Shown here: piece after piece, positions 37,267-47,275 of the stretch
How positions within the stretch are numbered: position 1 is the first letter of the stretch
Layout of the letters: every line of letters begins with the position of its first letter
From: Dehalococcoidia bacterium
GTDB taxonomy: Bacteria; Chloroflexota; Dehalococcoidia; Plut-88900
NCBI GenBank assembly: GCA_965207225.1
Contig: CBDBLV010000005.1
Location: 736,001-800,000 of the forward strand
Length of the DNA stretch: 64,000 nt
Direction of reading: 5' to 3'
Position numbers and translations under genes: made by a program
Notes under the pieces: model-generated
What the model was told of the DNA's origin: nothing
The model's input: the letters and a program-made list of their open reading frames with translations, nothing else
The model's database searches: none

Positions 37267-40137
37267 TTAAGTCGAATAATCTTCATACGAAAACCGCTGC
37301 CAAAAATCCTCATCGCTAGCATCGTCTGGGTCAACCTGGATCGGCCTTTTGTAGCTGCATGAAGGATCAGCCCTATATTCAGTGCATCCCAGGAAAGGTC
37401 CATAGCGCCCCGGTATCTCAACCAAGACTCCCACACCACATCTGGGACATTTTTCAGCAAATTCCCCGATCCTCTTGATTTTGGAGTATGTCTGAAGCTC
37501 CTTAACAAAATCCGATGGATGTGTTGCGTCTGCCACTAAGTATGCGCCTATCCGTGCACGTGTCATCGCTACATAGAACAAGCGCCGCTCCTCAGCAAAT
37601 GGGTATGACTTCCCGGAAGCCGGAGGTAGCACGATATCTAACAGTGGGTCATCCTCGATCTTACAAGGGAAACCCCACCGGTCATCATCCTTTAGGTCAA
37701 GTACAACTACATAGTCGGCTTCACGGCCTTTGGCGCTGTGCACGGTTCTGGACTCTATCCGCAATGACTTGAAGGCCCTGCGGTCTTTAAGAAGCAAATT
37801 CCCGGTGCTCTTGTAGCGACCCAATACTAGGACGGATTGCTCCTTGCCTTTTGCTTTTGCTTCTATGTCTTGTAATGCCCCCCTAAAGCCTTCATCTGGA
37901 GTGTTGGTGGCAACAATGGTGATTCCCTTGTCTTCTGCATTGCTCTCGGATCGCAGGTCCCTCTGTGTCTGGTCAGTGTTCCGATGTATAAACTTAGTCG
38001 ATGGGTCAAGAATCCCATCTTTGAATCTGAAGGTTCTGGTCAGCGTTTGTTCTTGAACGTAACCCAGGTAGTCGCCACATTTGCCAATCAATCCAACATC
38101 ACTCCCCGCGAAGCGATAAATCGACTGCCAATCATCTCCTACGAGAAGGAAAGCGACATTTCGGCGGTTAAGGCTTTGAAGTAGCCTCATGCGCCCCTTG
38201 GATATGTCCTGAAACTCATCCACCAGCACGTATCGGTATGGCGGCTCCCATCCACCTTGTTGCACATGATTGGCAGCTAGGTTGATCTGATCATGAAAGT
38301 CTATCTCTTTAGCGTTTCTAAGCAGTTGTTCATAACGAATCTGTACTTGACAGAAGACGTCCAGGAAAGCCATAGCTCGTCTGCTGTCTTTCAGATAGTT
38401 GGCACGTGATCTCAACTCGCCTATGTTTAGGCTACTGGTCTTTACGTGGTTCAGGAAATTAGCCAAAAGCCCTGACAGCCATGAAATGCGTTCTTCACCC
38501 AGTTTCCCAATGATCGCTTCGACAGGTATGGGATTGAATTCAACGCCCAATTCTTCAAGCTTCTCGTGTAGCGTTCCAAGTAAAACGTCCTGCTGGTGTT
38601 GCCAACTGTAAGTCTCCAAAAGCATAGTCCCATATTTTTTATGGACTGTTCTTTTCCATTCCACCCCCTGCTTATAATCGTGCCAGTCAGTCGGAGGATT
38701 GCCTTTTTCGTCCAGAGCGAAATGCTCAATATAGATGTCATAGTTCGGAAGGAAGAAGTCGGGTTGATATTGGCGGCGCAACATGGTTGTCGTTGGAACC
38801 TTATGGGGACAATCGTGGCAGAACCTAACGCGACTCCTACCCGAACGCTTACTGTGGGAGCACGCCGGCCCTTCAAAGGTGCTCTCATAACGGAACTCAA
38901 TGCCATTCAACGTTAGGAAATTCGCTATCACAAGTTCTTCCAAGCTCTTGACCAAGTCGCCGCTCAGAGTCCGTAGCTCCATACCACCCACATATCCTTC
39001 ATATTCGGCGATCGTCTTAAAGTCGAAGGGCGAGCGCCATCGGTTCTGACGGGAAAGAATAAAATTGATGCAGGTCTGTGATTGTCGCGGGTCTCGCAGG
39101 AGCTCTCTGATAATGCCATCAATGGCTGATTTGAGCTTATATTCGTCTGCCGCAAGCTTGGAAACAGGACGTTTCTTACCTTCACATTTCCCAATTATGT
39201 CGTAGCCGAAAGCGTGAAAGTTAAATACATTAGCTTTTGAGAGATCAGTCGGAAGCCGTTCTCGTATCTCTTCGGCTGCCTTGACGTTGAATGCCAAGAC
39301 CAGTATCTCTGACGGATCTACAGTTTGGTTGCGGACCAGATGTGCAATCTTGCCAACTATCACCTTAGTCTTTCCCGTACCCGCTCCCGCAAGGACTAAT
39401 GTCACGTCTTCATCGGTGGCTATGGCCTTAGCTTGCTCATTCGTTAGATTTTTGCCCGCCGCATCTTTAACTGCTACAACGTTGCGTCTGATGTAATGTT
39501 CGTTAAGGTCTTTCCGATATTTTTCGAACACTTCAATAGGGAAGAGTTGTGCAAGCTTACCTATGCGCTCATGTGTCCTGTCATCTACGAGTTTTCTGAC
39601 GAGTTGTCCGCAATGCTGAAACGCAGTCACAAAATCCACAATTTGAGCGTGGACATCCAAAGAGTTGGAATGTCTCATGTAGCGTTTGGCGGAGAGCTGG
39701 TTGACGAGATATTGCAGACGCTTTCCCCAAGATTCCGCGATCTTGGCGGATCCCTCGAGTATGGCGTCACGGACATCTGCAGCTTCCCGTTCCGCAAGCC
39801 CTCCAATCGAGCGTTCACCCCTGTCAACCAAGCTAACCGTCAACTCTCTCCAAAAACATGAGCGTTGGAGAGTGACTTCATTTATAGAGGTAACGGGTAT
39901 TTCTCGTGCAGTGACCCCAAATTGCCCCTCAATGCGAACCGTGTCACCTGTCAACGAAATACGCCGAGGCCCTAGCCGCAAAAGACGGTATAACCATGCA
40001 CTTTCTGCGAAGATGTAATTGTGGAATTGCATGGACGTTCGGGTTTGGCCCACCTCTTTGGCAAGATTTAACCAAGAGGATATGCGGACTGTGAATGCGC
40101 CTTTGGGGTGACCTAATTGAACGTATTGGGGATGCAT
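37267..40137 (-). CDS. UvrD/helicase IV-like SF1 helicase with nuclease-like insertion and C4 zinc ribbon
   Basis: AGAGTGKT, VDEFQD, GDDWQSIYRF, HSAKGRE, EERRLFYVAMTRA; insertion YQPDF..IYIEHF; CPRC...C...C; start uncertain. Confidence 0.85.
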   Translation of the reverse strand: MHPQYVQLGHPKGAFTVRISSWLNLAKEVGQTRTSMQFHNYIFAESAWLYRLLRLGPRRISLTGDTVRIEGQFGVTAREIPVTSINEVTLQRSCFWRELTVSLVDRGERSIGGLAEREAADVRDAILEGSAKIAESWGKRLQYLVNQLSAKRYMRHSNSLDVHAQIVDFVTAFQHCGQLVRKLVDDRTHERIGKLAQLFPIEVFEKYRKDLNEHYIRRNVVAVKDAAGKNLTNEQAKAIATDEDVTLVLAGAGTGKTKVIVGKIAHLVRNQTVDPSEILVLAFNVKAAEEIRERLPTDLSKANVFNFHAFGYDIIGKCEGKKRPVSKLAADEYKLKSAIDGIIRELLRDPRQSQTCINFILSRQNRWRSPFDFKTIAEYEGYVGGMELRTLSGDLVKSLEELVIANFLTLNGIEFRYESTFEGPACSHSKRSGRSRVRFCHDCPHKVPTTTMLRRQYQPDFFLPNYDIYIEHFALDEKGNPPTDWHDYKQGVEWKRTVHKKYGTMLLETYSWQHQQDVLLGTLHEKLEELGVEFNPIPVEAIIGKLGEERISWLSGLLANFLNHVKTSSLNIGELRSRANYLKDSRRAMAFLDVFCQVQIRYEQLLRNAKEIDFHDQINLAANHVQQGGWEPPYRYVLVDEFQDISKGRMRLLQSLNRRNVAFLLVGDDWQSIYRFAGSDVGLIGKCGDYLGYVQEQTLTRTFRFKDGILDPSTKFIHRNTDQTQRDLRSESNAEDKGITIVATNTPDEGFRGALQDIEAKAKGKEQSVLVLGRYKSTGNLLLKDRRAFKSLRIESRTVHSAKGREADYVVVLDLKDDDRWGFPCKIEDDPLLDIVLPPASGKSYPFAEERRLFYVAMTRARIGAYLVADATHPSDFVKELQTYSKIKRIGEFAEKCPRCGVGVLVEIPGRYGPFLGCTEYRADPSCSYKRPIQVDPDDASDEDFWQRFSYEDYST

Positions 40138-40252
40138 CTGGCCCGACCTCCCTACCCCACCACCCTTGTATCCTAGCCAGATTGCATAGAGATGTTACCC
40201 TGAAACCGCTAGATTGGTGGTTTCAGAGCCTTCTTAGGGAGGTCGACTAGCC

Positions 40253-41311
40253 ATGTTCACCATAGTCTTGTCCTGGCCCGTCAACGATCAGGAACTCGAA
40301 AAGCTTTACTGCTACGTCTCCGACACCTGCCGGATCATTGCGCCCAGGTCCTACGACCTGGAAGACCTCCTCGCCGTCGCCCCCGACGCCGATGCCATCG
40401 TCGGCGGCTTCATCCCCGAGAAGATGATCGACAATGCTCCCAATGTCAGGCTGGTCCAGACCCTCCACTCCGGTGTAACCCACCGCTCCCTTGTCGGTGC
40501 CGACCTCGGATTCTCCTTCAACATCCTCCGCGCTAGGAACATCCAGCTGTCCAACGTGGCAGGGGCCAACGCCGTCGCCGTGGCTGAGCTGGCCTTTGCC
40601 CTGACCATAACCCTTGCCAAGCGCATCCTTCCAGCCCACCGGGCCATCGCCCAGGGCGACTGGTACCCCTACACCCGGGACACTATGGGCTGCGAACTGG
40701 CCGGCAAGACCATGGGAATCGTCGGCCTGGGCGCCATAGGCGTTGAGCTCGCCCGACGCGCCAAAGCCTTCGGCATGAAAGTCCTCGCCACCAAGCGCAC
40801 CCCCTCCCCCGACCTCGCCCAAGACCTGGCTCTCGATTTCCTCGGCGGATCCCAAGACCTCCCCCAACTCCTCCGGGGGTCCGACTTCGTAGAAATCTGC
40901 GTACCCTGGATGCCCACCACCGATAAGCTCATCGACGAGCCCGCCCTGAAGCTAATGAAGCCGACCGGCTACCTCGTAAACATTGCCCGCGCCCGCATCA
41001 TCGACGAAGTGGCCCTGCACAAAGCCTTGACCGAGAACTGGATCGCAGGCTTCGGAACCGACGTCTGGTGGGACTACGACATGATGCCCGAGCCTGGCGA
41101 CGCCGTACCCTTCATCCACTGGGGTGTGGCCAACCCCATCGTTTCCCGCATGGGCATCCACAAGCTGGACAACGTCGTCATGACCGGCGACCGCGCAGCC
41201 TTCAACCCCGAGACCCTGGAAAACTTTCTGAAAGTCGGCCTCCAAAACGTCGATGCCTTTGCCCGAGGCCTCACCCCTCCCAACCTCGTAGATCTCTCCA
41301 CCCAGGCCTGA
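40253..41311 (+). CDS. D-isomer-specific 2-hydroxyacid dehydrogenase family
   Basis: AVAE, GLGAIG, VNIAR, GTDVW. Confidence 0.88.
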   Translation: MFTIVLSWPVNDQELEKLYCYVSDTCRIIAPRSYDLEDLLAVAPDADAIVGGFIPEKMIDNAPNVRLVQTLHSGVTHRSLVGADLGFSFNILRARNIQLSNVAGANAVAVAELAFALTITLAKRILPAHRAIAQGDWYPYTRDTMGCELAGKTMGIVGLGAIGVELARRAKAFGMKVLATKRTPSPDLAQDLALDFLGGSQDLPQLLRGSDFVEICVPWMPTTDKLIDEPALKLMKPTGYLVNIARARIIDEVALHKALTENWIAGFGTDVWWDYDMMPEPGDAVPFIHWGVANPIVSRMGIHKLDNVVMTGDRAAFNPETLENFLKVGLQNVDAFARGLTPPNLVDLSTQA

Positions 41312-41341
41312 CCCCGAATCGGCATTCATCTCCAAGAGGGG

Positions 41342-41388
41342 AATTCCGTTCGCCCTGAGCGGAGTCGAAGGGTCTCAAGAACGGAATT
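41342..41388. repeat. Intergenic palindromic repeat
   Basis: AATTCCGTTC...CCTGAGCGGAGTCGAAGG...GAACGGAATT. Confidence 0.6.
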
Positions 41389-41494
41389 GGGGCGGGGGGT
41401 TCTATCCCCTCGGACAGGTCATCAGAACGGAGTTGAAACACCAGCCGACTCCTGGCGTAGGCTGCTCGCTAATAGACACTAACCATCGTCGTCG

Positions 41495-41830
41495 TTATTG
41501 TATGGCCGCCTCTTTCGACAGCGTGTCCTTTATCCAGGTATTGATGCTCACGCCACTTTGAGCGGCGGAAACGGCCACGCGTCGGTGAAGGTCCGCACCT
41601 AACCGCAGGTTCAGCTTGCCGGAAAATGGCCGATTGGGCTCGACCCCGTCTTCCTTGCACCAGGCCAGGTAATCATCTATGGATATTCGAAATTCGCGCT
41701 GAAGCTCTTCAACGCTGGACGCCTCGAAGGTAACTATAGGGTAAGGAGCAGCATTGATAACCTCTCCATGAAGCAGCCCCACCGAATCGTCATATTCGAC
41801 CGTAGCCAGGTACCCTTTGTACTCCATCAT
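41495..41830 (-). CDS. hicB: HicB family antitoxin
   Basis: MEYKGY, FSGKLNLRL..LH, SINTWI. Confidence 0.9.
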   Translation of the reverse strand: MMEYKGYLATVEYDDSVGLLHGEVINAAPYPIVTFEASSVEELQREFRISIDDYLAWCKEDGVEPNRPFSGKLNLRLGADLHRRVAVSAAQSGVSINTWIKDTLSKEAAIQ

Positions 41831-42081
41831 GGCGTGACTCCTATATCCTCGAGGAATCGTGCGATAGTTCTAACGGTAGCCCTGCCGGTTTCCGGGCCCG
41901 GGTGCGGCCTGTGAATAACAATCCGTTTCTCGTCTTTCCTCAACCCCACCCGTGAACCCGTCCTCTCCAGGACTTCCACTTCCACCGCCCGTAGCAAGCT
42001 CTCTATATCTGCCCATCTAATATCCGATGGCACGGGCTTCGCGAAGATGCGTTGCAGGGTTCGGCGATGCCTCGTCCTCAC
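41827..42081 (-). CDS. hicA: HicA family toxin
   Basis: IRWADIESL, GSRV, HRPHP; overlaps hicB. Confidence 0.88.
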   Translation of the reverse strand: MRTRHRRTLQRIFAKPVPSDIRWADIESLLRAVEVEVLERTGSRVGLRKDEKRIVIHRPHPGPETGRATVRTIARFLEDIGVTP

Positions 42082-42093
42082 AGGACGATGGTA

Positions 42094-44406
42094 CTATTCT
42101 TCGGTACTTCTATCAAGCCTACACCCCTCCCCCGACGAAAACCGCCTCAACACATTCCCTGTCACCCGAGACACCGTGTTGTCGTATTCGTTGTATGAAA
42201 GGTTCCCGCACCAGCTTATAGACCCCACCGAGAACACCCCACCCCCCTTGGGATAAGGCACGTATACCATGTCCGCCCTCACCAGTGGGTTAGTACTCCC
42301 CCCCTGCTTGGAGTCCGACTGGTCCACCTCTTCCACAACGTGCTGGTATGAATCGCTGAACTCCGACGCCGTCGCTAGGTGAATAGTGTGTGGCGGAGTC
42401 CCGAACAACGGCTCCATCCTGTCCAGCTCGAACCCCGCCGCCCCGTACTCCATCACCAGCGACGGAAAGTCCCCGATCAATTCATCATCCCCAATACCTT
42501 CAAAGACGAACGCCGCCCTCGGGTCCCGACTCCCGGCTTCCCGCTTGTAGGGCGCGTTCACATCGTTCCCCTGCGACGTAAATCCTATCCCCAGCATTCT
42601 CTGCGGCGCCCGACCCCTCTCCCTCCAGATTCCCCCCGGCTCTCCTGTAAAGCTGATGTGCGCCTCCCCTGCCTTGGCCCGCCAAGTCTGAGTCCCGCCC
42701 GTGCGCCGTATCTCTATCGCATCCCCGTTCTCCGGGTCCAATTGCGTCACCCAGTAGAAGCCATTCCCTCCCAGGTACATCAGCCTCCCGCCCTCTCGCA
42801 GATACGACTCCATCGCATCCAGCATCTCCGTCGACCAGTACTCCGGGTGCGATCCCGTCATGATCACTTTATACGACTCGAGAAGCTCGACCCCCTCCCT
42901 GTGCAAATCATGGTCCGTGATGACGTCATACGCATGCCCCTCCGACTCCAGCCAGTCCACCAAATGTAAGTCCGCGCTCAGCTGGTGCGGGCTCCCCTGC
43001 CCCCGGGCCAGCCCCACCGAGTAGTACCCCGGCCTCATGTTCACTATCGGCCTCAGCCACGACGAATAGCACACCCCCGACCCATCCGTGTGCGAGTTGT
43101 ACAGGCTCGTCAGACCGTTATCGACTATGTAGTGGTCCTCAGGCTTCACCGGATACTCGAAACCCGGCAGGAAGTAATCTCCGAAGTTGCCTGTCGTCTC
43201 GTCCGTGTTCCGGCCGTCTCCGTAGGCCATGTAGCTGAACGTCGGGGCTAGGAACGCCGCAGGAGCGGTCGGGTTTCCAGTTTCCGGCCTCACGAAGAAC
43301 GGCACGTAGTCCGTGGCGTCGCCTGCCTGCAGCCGAGCCGCGTACACCCCGCTCCTCATCCCCTCCGGCACAGTGAACTCGAAGTCCACCTCCCAGCCGG
43401 CGTCTCCCAGGTCGTCATCGTGGAAATGGATCGCCCCGTACTCCTCCGGCCGCAGCACGAAGGCATTCTCCCGACTGCTCCAGTTGTACCCCGTCATCGC
43501 CCGAGCCGGCCTGTTGACTATCCGCCCGTCCAACCCCCGCCCCGACCCATCCCTGGCCTCCATCGACACCATGTCCCGCCAGAAGTCCCATTCCCCGATC
43601 AGGCTGTCCCCCACCCCCGGGGCCCCCGCCCCCCTCTCCACCGACCCTATTTCCTCAACCCCCAATGCCGCTTTGAACAACCGGGGCCTGTCGATCTTTC
43701 CGTTGAAATGACCATCTGTCAGCAGCTTGCCCTTCTCCGTACCGTTGTAGGAGGCCGCCATGATCAAAGGAGCATCCGTAACCCCCACCCCCGACCCCAC
43801 CCTACCCGACCGCGTAACCACCTCCAGCCCATCCCCCGGCCACTCCGACACCGGCGCCTGGTAAAGCACGACCTCCCCGCTCTCTGCATCAAAGCTCACC
43901 GCCACGAAATACCACACCCATCGATGCAGCGGCACACCTGAACTCACCTCGCTGACTTCACCACCCCCACCCCCGACCCTGAAACTCAGACACCCCGACC
44001 CATCGATGAACAACCCGAATCCCTTGCCCTCCTCCCCCGACCACTTGGTCACGATCCCCTGCAATCCCTTGTCCGGTGTCGTCGGCCAGATCCATGCTGT
44101 TATCGTTACCGACTTCAAATCGTGGACCACCGGCTCATCCGGCACGACAATACACGACCCCTTCCGGATAACCTGCTCCCGACCCGCATATTCCCCGTTC
44201 ACATCCGCATGAAACTCCTCCACCCTCACCCCCGGTCCCGAGGGATTCGGGTCCCCATGAATCAACCTCACCACATCCGCCCGGTACCTCGGCGCCCGGC
44301 AGCTCACCATAAACTTAACCGTCTCCCCCACCCTCACACCCGGCTTATCCGTATACCCAACTACGTCCATTTCAACCTCCCGAATAGTACAGAACTGCGC
44401 CGCCAT
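42094..44406 (-). CDS. N,N-dimethylformamidase large subunit family (with LamG-like insert)
   Basis: YGAIHFHDDD, PTFSYMAY, HPEYWS, YLGGNGFYW, VRADM, FSVGSISW. Confidence 0.85.
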   Translation of the reverse strand: MAAQFCTIREVEMDVVGYTDKPGVRVGETVKFMVSCRAPRYRADVVRLIHGDPNPSGPGVRVEEFHADVNGEYAGREQVIRKGSCIVVPDEPVVHDLKSVTITAWIWPTTPDKGLQGIVTKWSGEEGKGFGLFIDGSGCLSFRVGGGGGEVSEVSSGVPLHRWVWYFVAVSFDAESGEVVLYQAPVSEWPGDGLEVVTRSGRVGSGVGVTDAPLIMAASYNGTEKGKLLTDGHFNGKIDRPRLFKAALGVEEIGSVERGAGAPGVGDSLIGEWDFWRDMVSMEARDGSGRGLDGRIVNRPARAMTGYNWSSRENAFVLRPEEYGAIHFHDDDLGDAGWEVDFEFTVPEGMRSGVYAARLQAGDATDYVPFFVRPETGNPTAPAAFLAPTFSYMAYGDGRNTDETTGNFGDYFLPGFEYPVKPEDHYIVDNGLTSLYNSHTDGSGVCYSSWLRPIVNMRPGYYSVGLARGQGSPHQLSADLHLVDWLESEGHAYDVITDHDLHREGVELLESYKVIMTGSHPEYWSTEMLDAMESYLREGGRLMYLGGNGFYWVTQLDPENGDAIEIRRTGGTQTWRAKAGEAHISFTGEPGGIWRERGRAPQRMLGIGFTSQGNDVNAPYKREAGSRDPRAAFVFEGIGDDELIGDFPSLVMEYGAAGFELDRMEPLFGTPPHTIHLATASEFSDSYQHVVEEVDQSDSKQGGSTNPLVRADMVYVPYPKGGGVFSVGSISWCGNLSYNEYDNTVSRVTGNVLRRFSSGEGCRLDRSTEE

Positions 44407-44572
44407 GAGGATTATATCGATATGAGACTTAGGAAGTGAGGAGGCAGCGGTGCCAAAGTTCGAATTCGGAACGTAGGGGTAGAAGAGGGTCGATTTTCCT
44501 GAGTTTCGTGCCTAGAGATCCTTTTCTAGAAAATTAGGCGCGGATCCAAAAGCCATTTTGGTCGTCAATGCT

Positions 44573-45124
44573 CTATATGAACCCGTCAACCCACAACTGC
44601 CGCCATACCAACGCCGCATCCAATGCCTTCCGGGGTATACGGACTTCTCCTCCGAACTGCACGTGATGAAGAACGCCTAATCTGGTAAGGGTTTCAACTT
44701 CTCGCTTCTCTATCCCCAGCACACGTGCTACTTCTACGAGTCTATAGGCCATGCGCTTGTCGGATAGCAGAGCCTCAACGGATGGTGTTAGGACGAGTTC
44801 CATCTCGTGTTTATCGGCTATCGATGTAGCCTTACCTTTCCGCTTGAACGGGAAGAAGTCGGAATCCGCTAGGGTGGCTAGCTCGTCGGAGTATCTGAAC
44901 CATTCGCCATGGAGGGCCTGCGATTGAAATAAGGCATGGACTTTCTGTTCCCATTCCAAAGCCTTGCTCGGGGATATCGGGCCGCAAGTCCAAAGGAGCT
45001 TTAGTTCGACGGGATTGGCGATTTGCAGGTCGGCCATTCGCCTCTCGGGATCGTCTGAGATGCCTACCTTGATCGCATCCCCTGCTTGAATTGCATAGAC
45101 TTGTTGCCAGCGTCCCTTAGGCAT
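44573..45124 (-). CDS. GIY-YIG (T5orf172/Mug113-like) nuclease fused to excisionase-like HTH
   Basis: VYAIQ..KVGIS.DPERR..LQ, E..H, GEWF; C-terminal EVARVLGI...G.L...VRIP. Confidence 0.7.
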   Translation of the reverse strand: MPKGRWQQVYAIQAGDAIKVGISDDPERRMADLQIANPVELKLLWTCGPISPSKALEWEQKVHALFQSQALHGEWFRYSDELATLADSDFFPFKRKGKATSIADKHEMELVLTPSVEALLSDKRMAYRLVEVARVLGIEKREVETLTRLGVLHHVQFGGEVRIPRKALDAALVWRQLWVDGFI

Positions 45125-45285
45125 TTCAACCTCAAAGAGTTGGCCCAGGATTCCCGAAGATGCATCTCGGGAATGGGGCCGTTGCGACTGTACCGTACAG
45201 CGCAATGATGAATCCACCACATGCTCCTGACACCCGCGAGACTAGTGTGCGTTGATGTCCGTTGTTACCGACACGTTCACACAAT

Positions 45286-45576
45286 CTAGCCCTCTGTAGT
45301 CTTGGCGATGGCTTTGGCAAAACGCTGGGCACGCACAAAATCTTCCATAGTCCATTCACGAGCGTCGGGGTCCCTAGCGATACCCGCGTTAATAGCGGTT
45401 TCTTCGCCATATTCGGCCGCGATCTGGGCAAAGGTCATGTCGCTAGCGGCAATTTCCTGGAAGGTGAGTTTGGGTTTGTTCGGGTCTCCGAATTCGGCGG
45501 CCCCCCTTTCCGCCATGACCTGCGCGTACTCTTCAAAGGGAAGGTTGTCTACGTCAGTCTCATCGTGAGCGTTCAT
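45286..45576 (-). CDS. BrnA-like antitoxin (atypical)
   Basis: Overlaps brnT; DPDAREWTMEDFVRA resembles the BrnA N-terminus. Confidence 0.6.
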   Translation of the reverse strand: MNAHDETDVDNLPFEEYAQVMAERGAAEFGDPNKPKLTFQEIAASDMTFAQIAAEYGEETAINAGIARDPDAREWTMEDFVRAQRFAKAIAKTTEG

Positions 45577-45823
45577 ACCTTTTCCTTTCTCTGGCGTTTG
45601 CCCTGCGCAGGCTGATAATCCGCCGCACGTCGCCCCGGTCCGTGTATACAACAGCGTGGAGTAGTCCATACATGGATCCATAAGCCCTCCATCGCTCTTC
45701 ACCGGAACGATAACTCTCTTCGAGTACGGCCCCCTCCCAATCGAAGTTCTCGATCTCCTCAAAATCTATCTGGTGTTTATCTAGATTTGTAATCCGTTTA
45801 GCGTCGTCCCAGTCGTATTGCAC
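45560..45823 (-). CDS. brnT: BrnT family toxin
   Basis: WDDAK..NLDKH.IDF, EER, RRIISLRRAN.RE. Confidence 0.9.
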   Translation of the reverse strand: MQYDWDDAKRITNLDKHQIDFEEIENFDWEGAVLEESYRSGEERWRAYGSMYGLLHAVVYTDRGDVRRIISLRRANARERKRYERSR

Positions 45824-45930
45824 TAGCCTATTGTACTACTTTAGGCTGATGTCCAAATCCAGAATTAACCAGAGCCCAGATCAAGTGTCACGCAACGAGC
45901 TGCTCCCTGGAACATTCAAGAAACCAACCT

Positions 45931-46017
45931 TGGTGCCGAAGCCCGGACTCGAACCGGGACAGGGTTTCCCCCAGCGGTTTTTGAGACCGCCGCGTCTGCC
46001 TATTCCGCCACTTCGGC
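45931..46017 (-). tRNA. tRNA-Leu(CAA)
   Basis: GCCGAAG acceptor stem, GCGGT-CTCAAAA-ACCGC anticodon arm, long variable arm, GTTCGAGT, CCA. Confidence 0.95.
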
Positions 46018-46043
46018 CTAACCCGCCTGCGGGCTTAAATGGA

Positions 46044-46119
<76 letters not shown>

Positions 46120-46231
46120 ATCGGCCCAATATCTTAGCACACACCCCTCCCCCATCCAATCGAATCCACCCACTCCTGTGCTATAATCCCCCCGCCTGAA
46201 ACACCGCCCTCCCTACCCCAAGGAGCACAGC

Positions 46232-47104
46232 TTGACCAAGTCCCTCAACGTTGCCTCCCTATCCCCCGGCGACGGCAAGTCCACCATAATCGCCGCCCTC
46301 GCCCGACACTTCCAGTCCCTCGGCAAGACCGTCGATTGCTCCGCCCCCGACCCCATGAAATCCCTCCTCGGCCTCTCCGACTCCCCTCCCAACCCCGACA
46401 TCCTCATCACCGATTCCTCCGACTCCCAATCCGACGCCTCCCTCCTTGTTGTCTCCTTCTCCCGTGACCTCGACCTCGACGCCGTAAAACCCGCAGCCAA
46501 TGCTCTTGGCGACGGTTTTCTCGGCGTCATCATCAACCGTGTCCCCACCTACGGCGCCCGACTCGCCGAAAACACCCTCAAGCCCTCCCTTGAAGCCGCC
46601 GGCCTCACTGTCCTCGGCCTGGTCCCTGAATCCCGGGCCCTGTACGGCATCACCGTCGACGACCTCATCAACCGCCTCGACGCCCGCTACGCCCTCCAGC
46701 TCGAAAGCGGCGACGCCCTCGTGGAGCACGTCATGGTCGGCGCCAACGTCCTCGATGCCGAGGACTTCCCCGCCGGCCCCGAGTACTACGCCCAGCGCTC
46801 CAACAAGGCCGTCATCGGCCGAGGTGACCGCCCCGACTTCCACTGGAGCGCCATCGACACCCCCACCCGCTGCGTCATCCTCACCGGCAACTTCGAACCC
46901 ATCCCCTACCTCCTCGCCAAGGCCGAGGAGCGCCAGGTCCCCGTCGCCGTCGTAGATAAAGACACCCTGGACGTCATGGACACCCTCGAAGACATCTTCA
47001 ACGGCCCCTCCCTGGACTCCGGTGCCAAGCTCACCGCCTTCACCTCCCTCATCGAAAGCTCCGTCGACACCTCTGCCCTCGACTCAGCCCTGGGCGTAAA
47101 CTAG
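46232..47104 (+). CDS. DRTGG-domain protein (phosphotransacetylase N-terminal-like)
   Basis: P-loop GDGKST, GVIINRVP, GDRPD, CVILTG. Confidence 0.82.
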   Translation: MTKSLNVASLSPGDGKSTIIAALARHFQSLGKTVDCSAPDPMKSLLGLSDSPPNPDILITDSSDSQSDASLLVVSFSRDLDLDAVKPAANALGDGFLGVIINRVPTYGARLAENTLKPSLEAAGLTVLGLVPESRALYGITVDDLINRLDARYALQLESGDALVEHVMVGANVLDAEDFPAGPEYYAQRSNKAVIGRGDRPDFHWSAIDTPTRCVILTGNFEPIPYLLAKAEERQVPVAVVDKDTLDVMDTLEDIFNGPSLDSGAKLTAFTSLIESSVDTSALDSALGVN

Positions 47105-47240
47105 CTCCCACAACAGTCTCGCTCCCATAGACCCGCCCCCCATCCCTTCTCCAACATCCAACCCCCAACCCCCTCCCCATCCATCATTCCCGACCCCGAT
47201 CGGAAATCCATCCCCCTCCCCCCCAAATGTGACATACCCC

Positions 47241-47269
47241 TTGACATGCAAACATTTGAGCCTTATATT
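47241..47269 (+). promoter_or_regulatory. sigma70-type promoter of repeated ncRNA-like element, copy 2
   Basis: TTGACA (47241-47246), 17 nt, TATATT (47264-47269). Confidence 0.85.
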
Positions 47270-47275
47270 TGTTCT

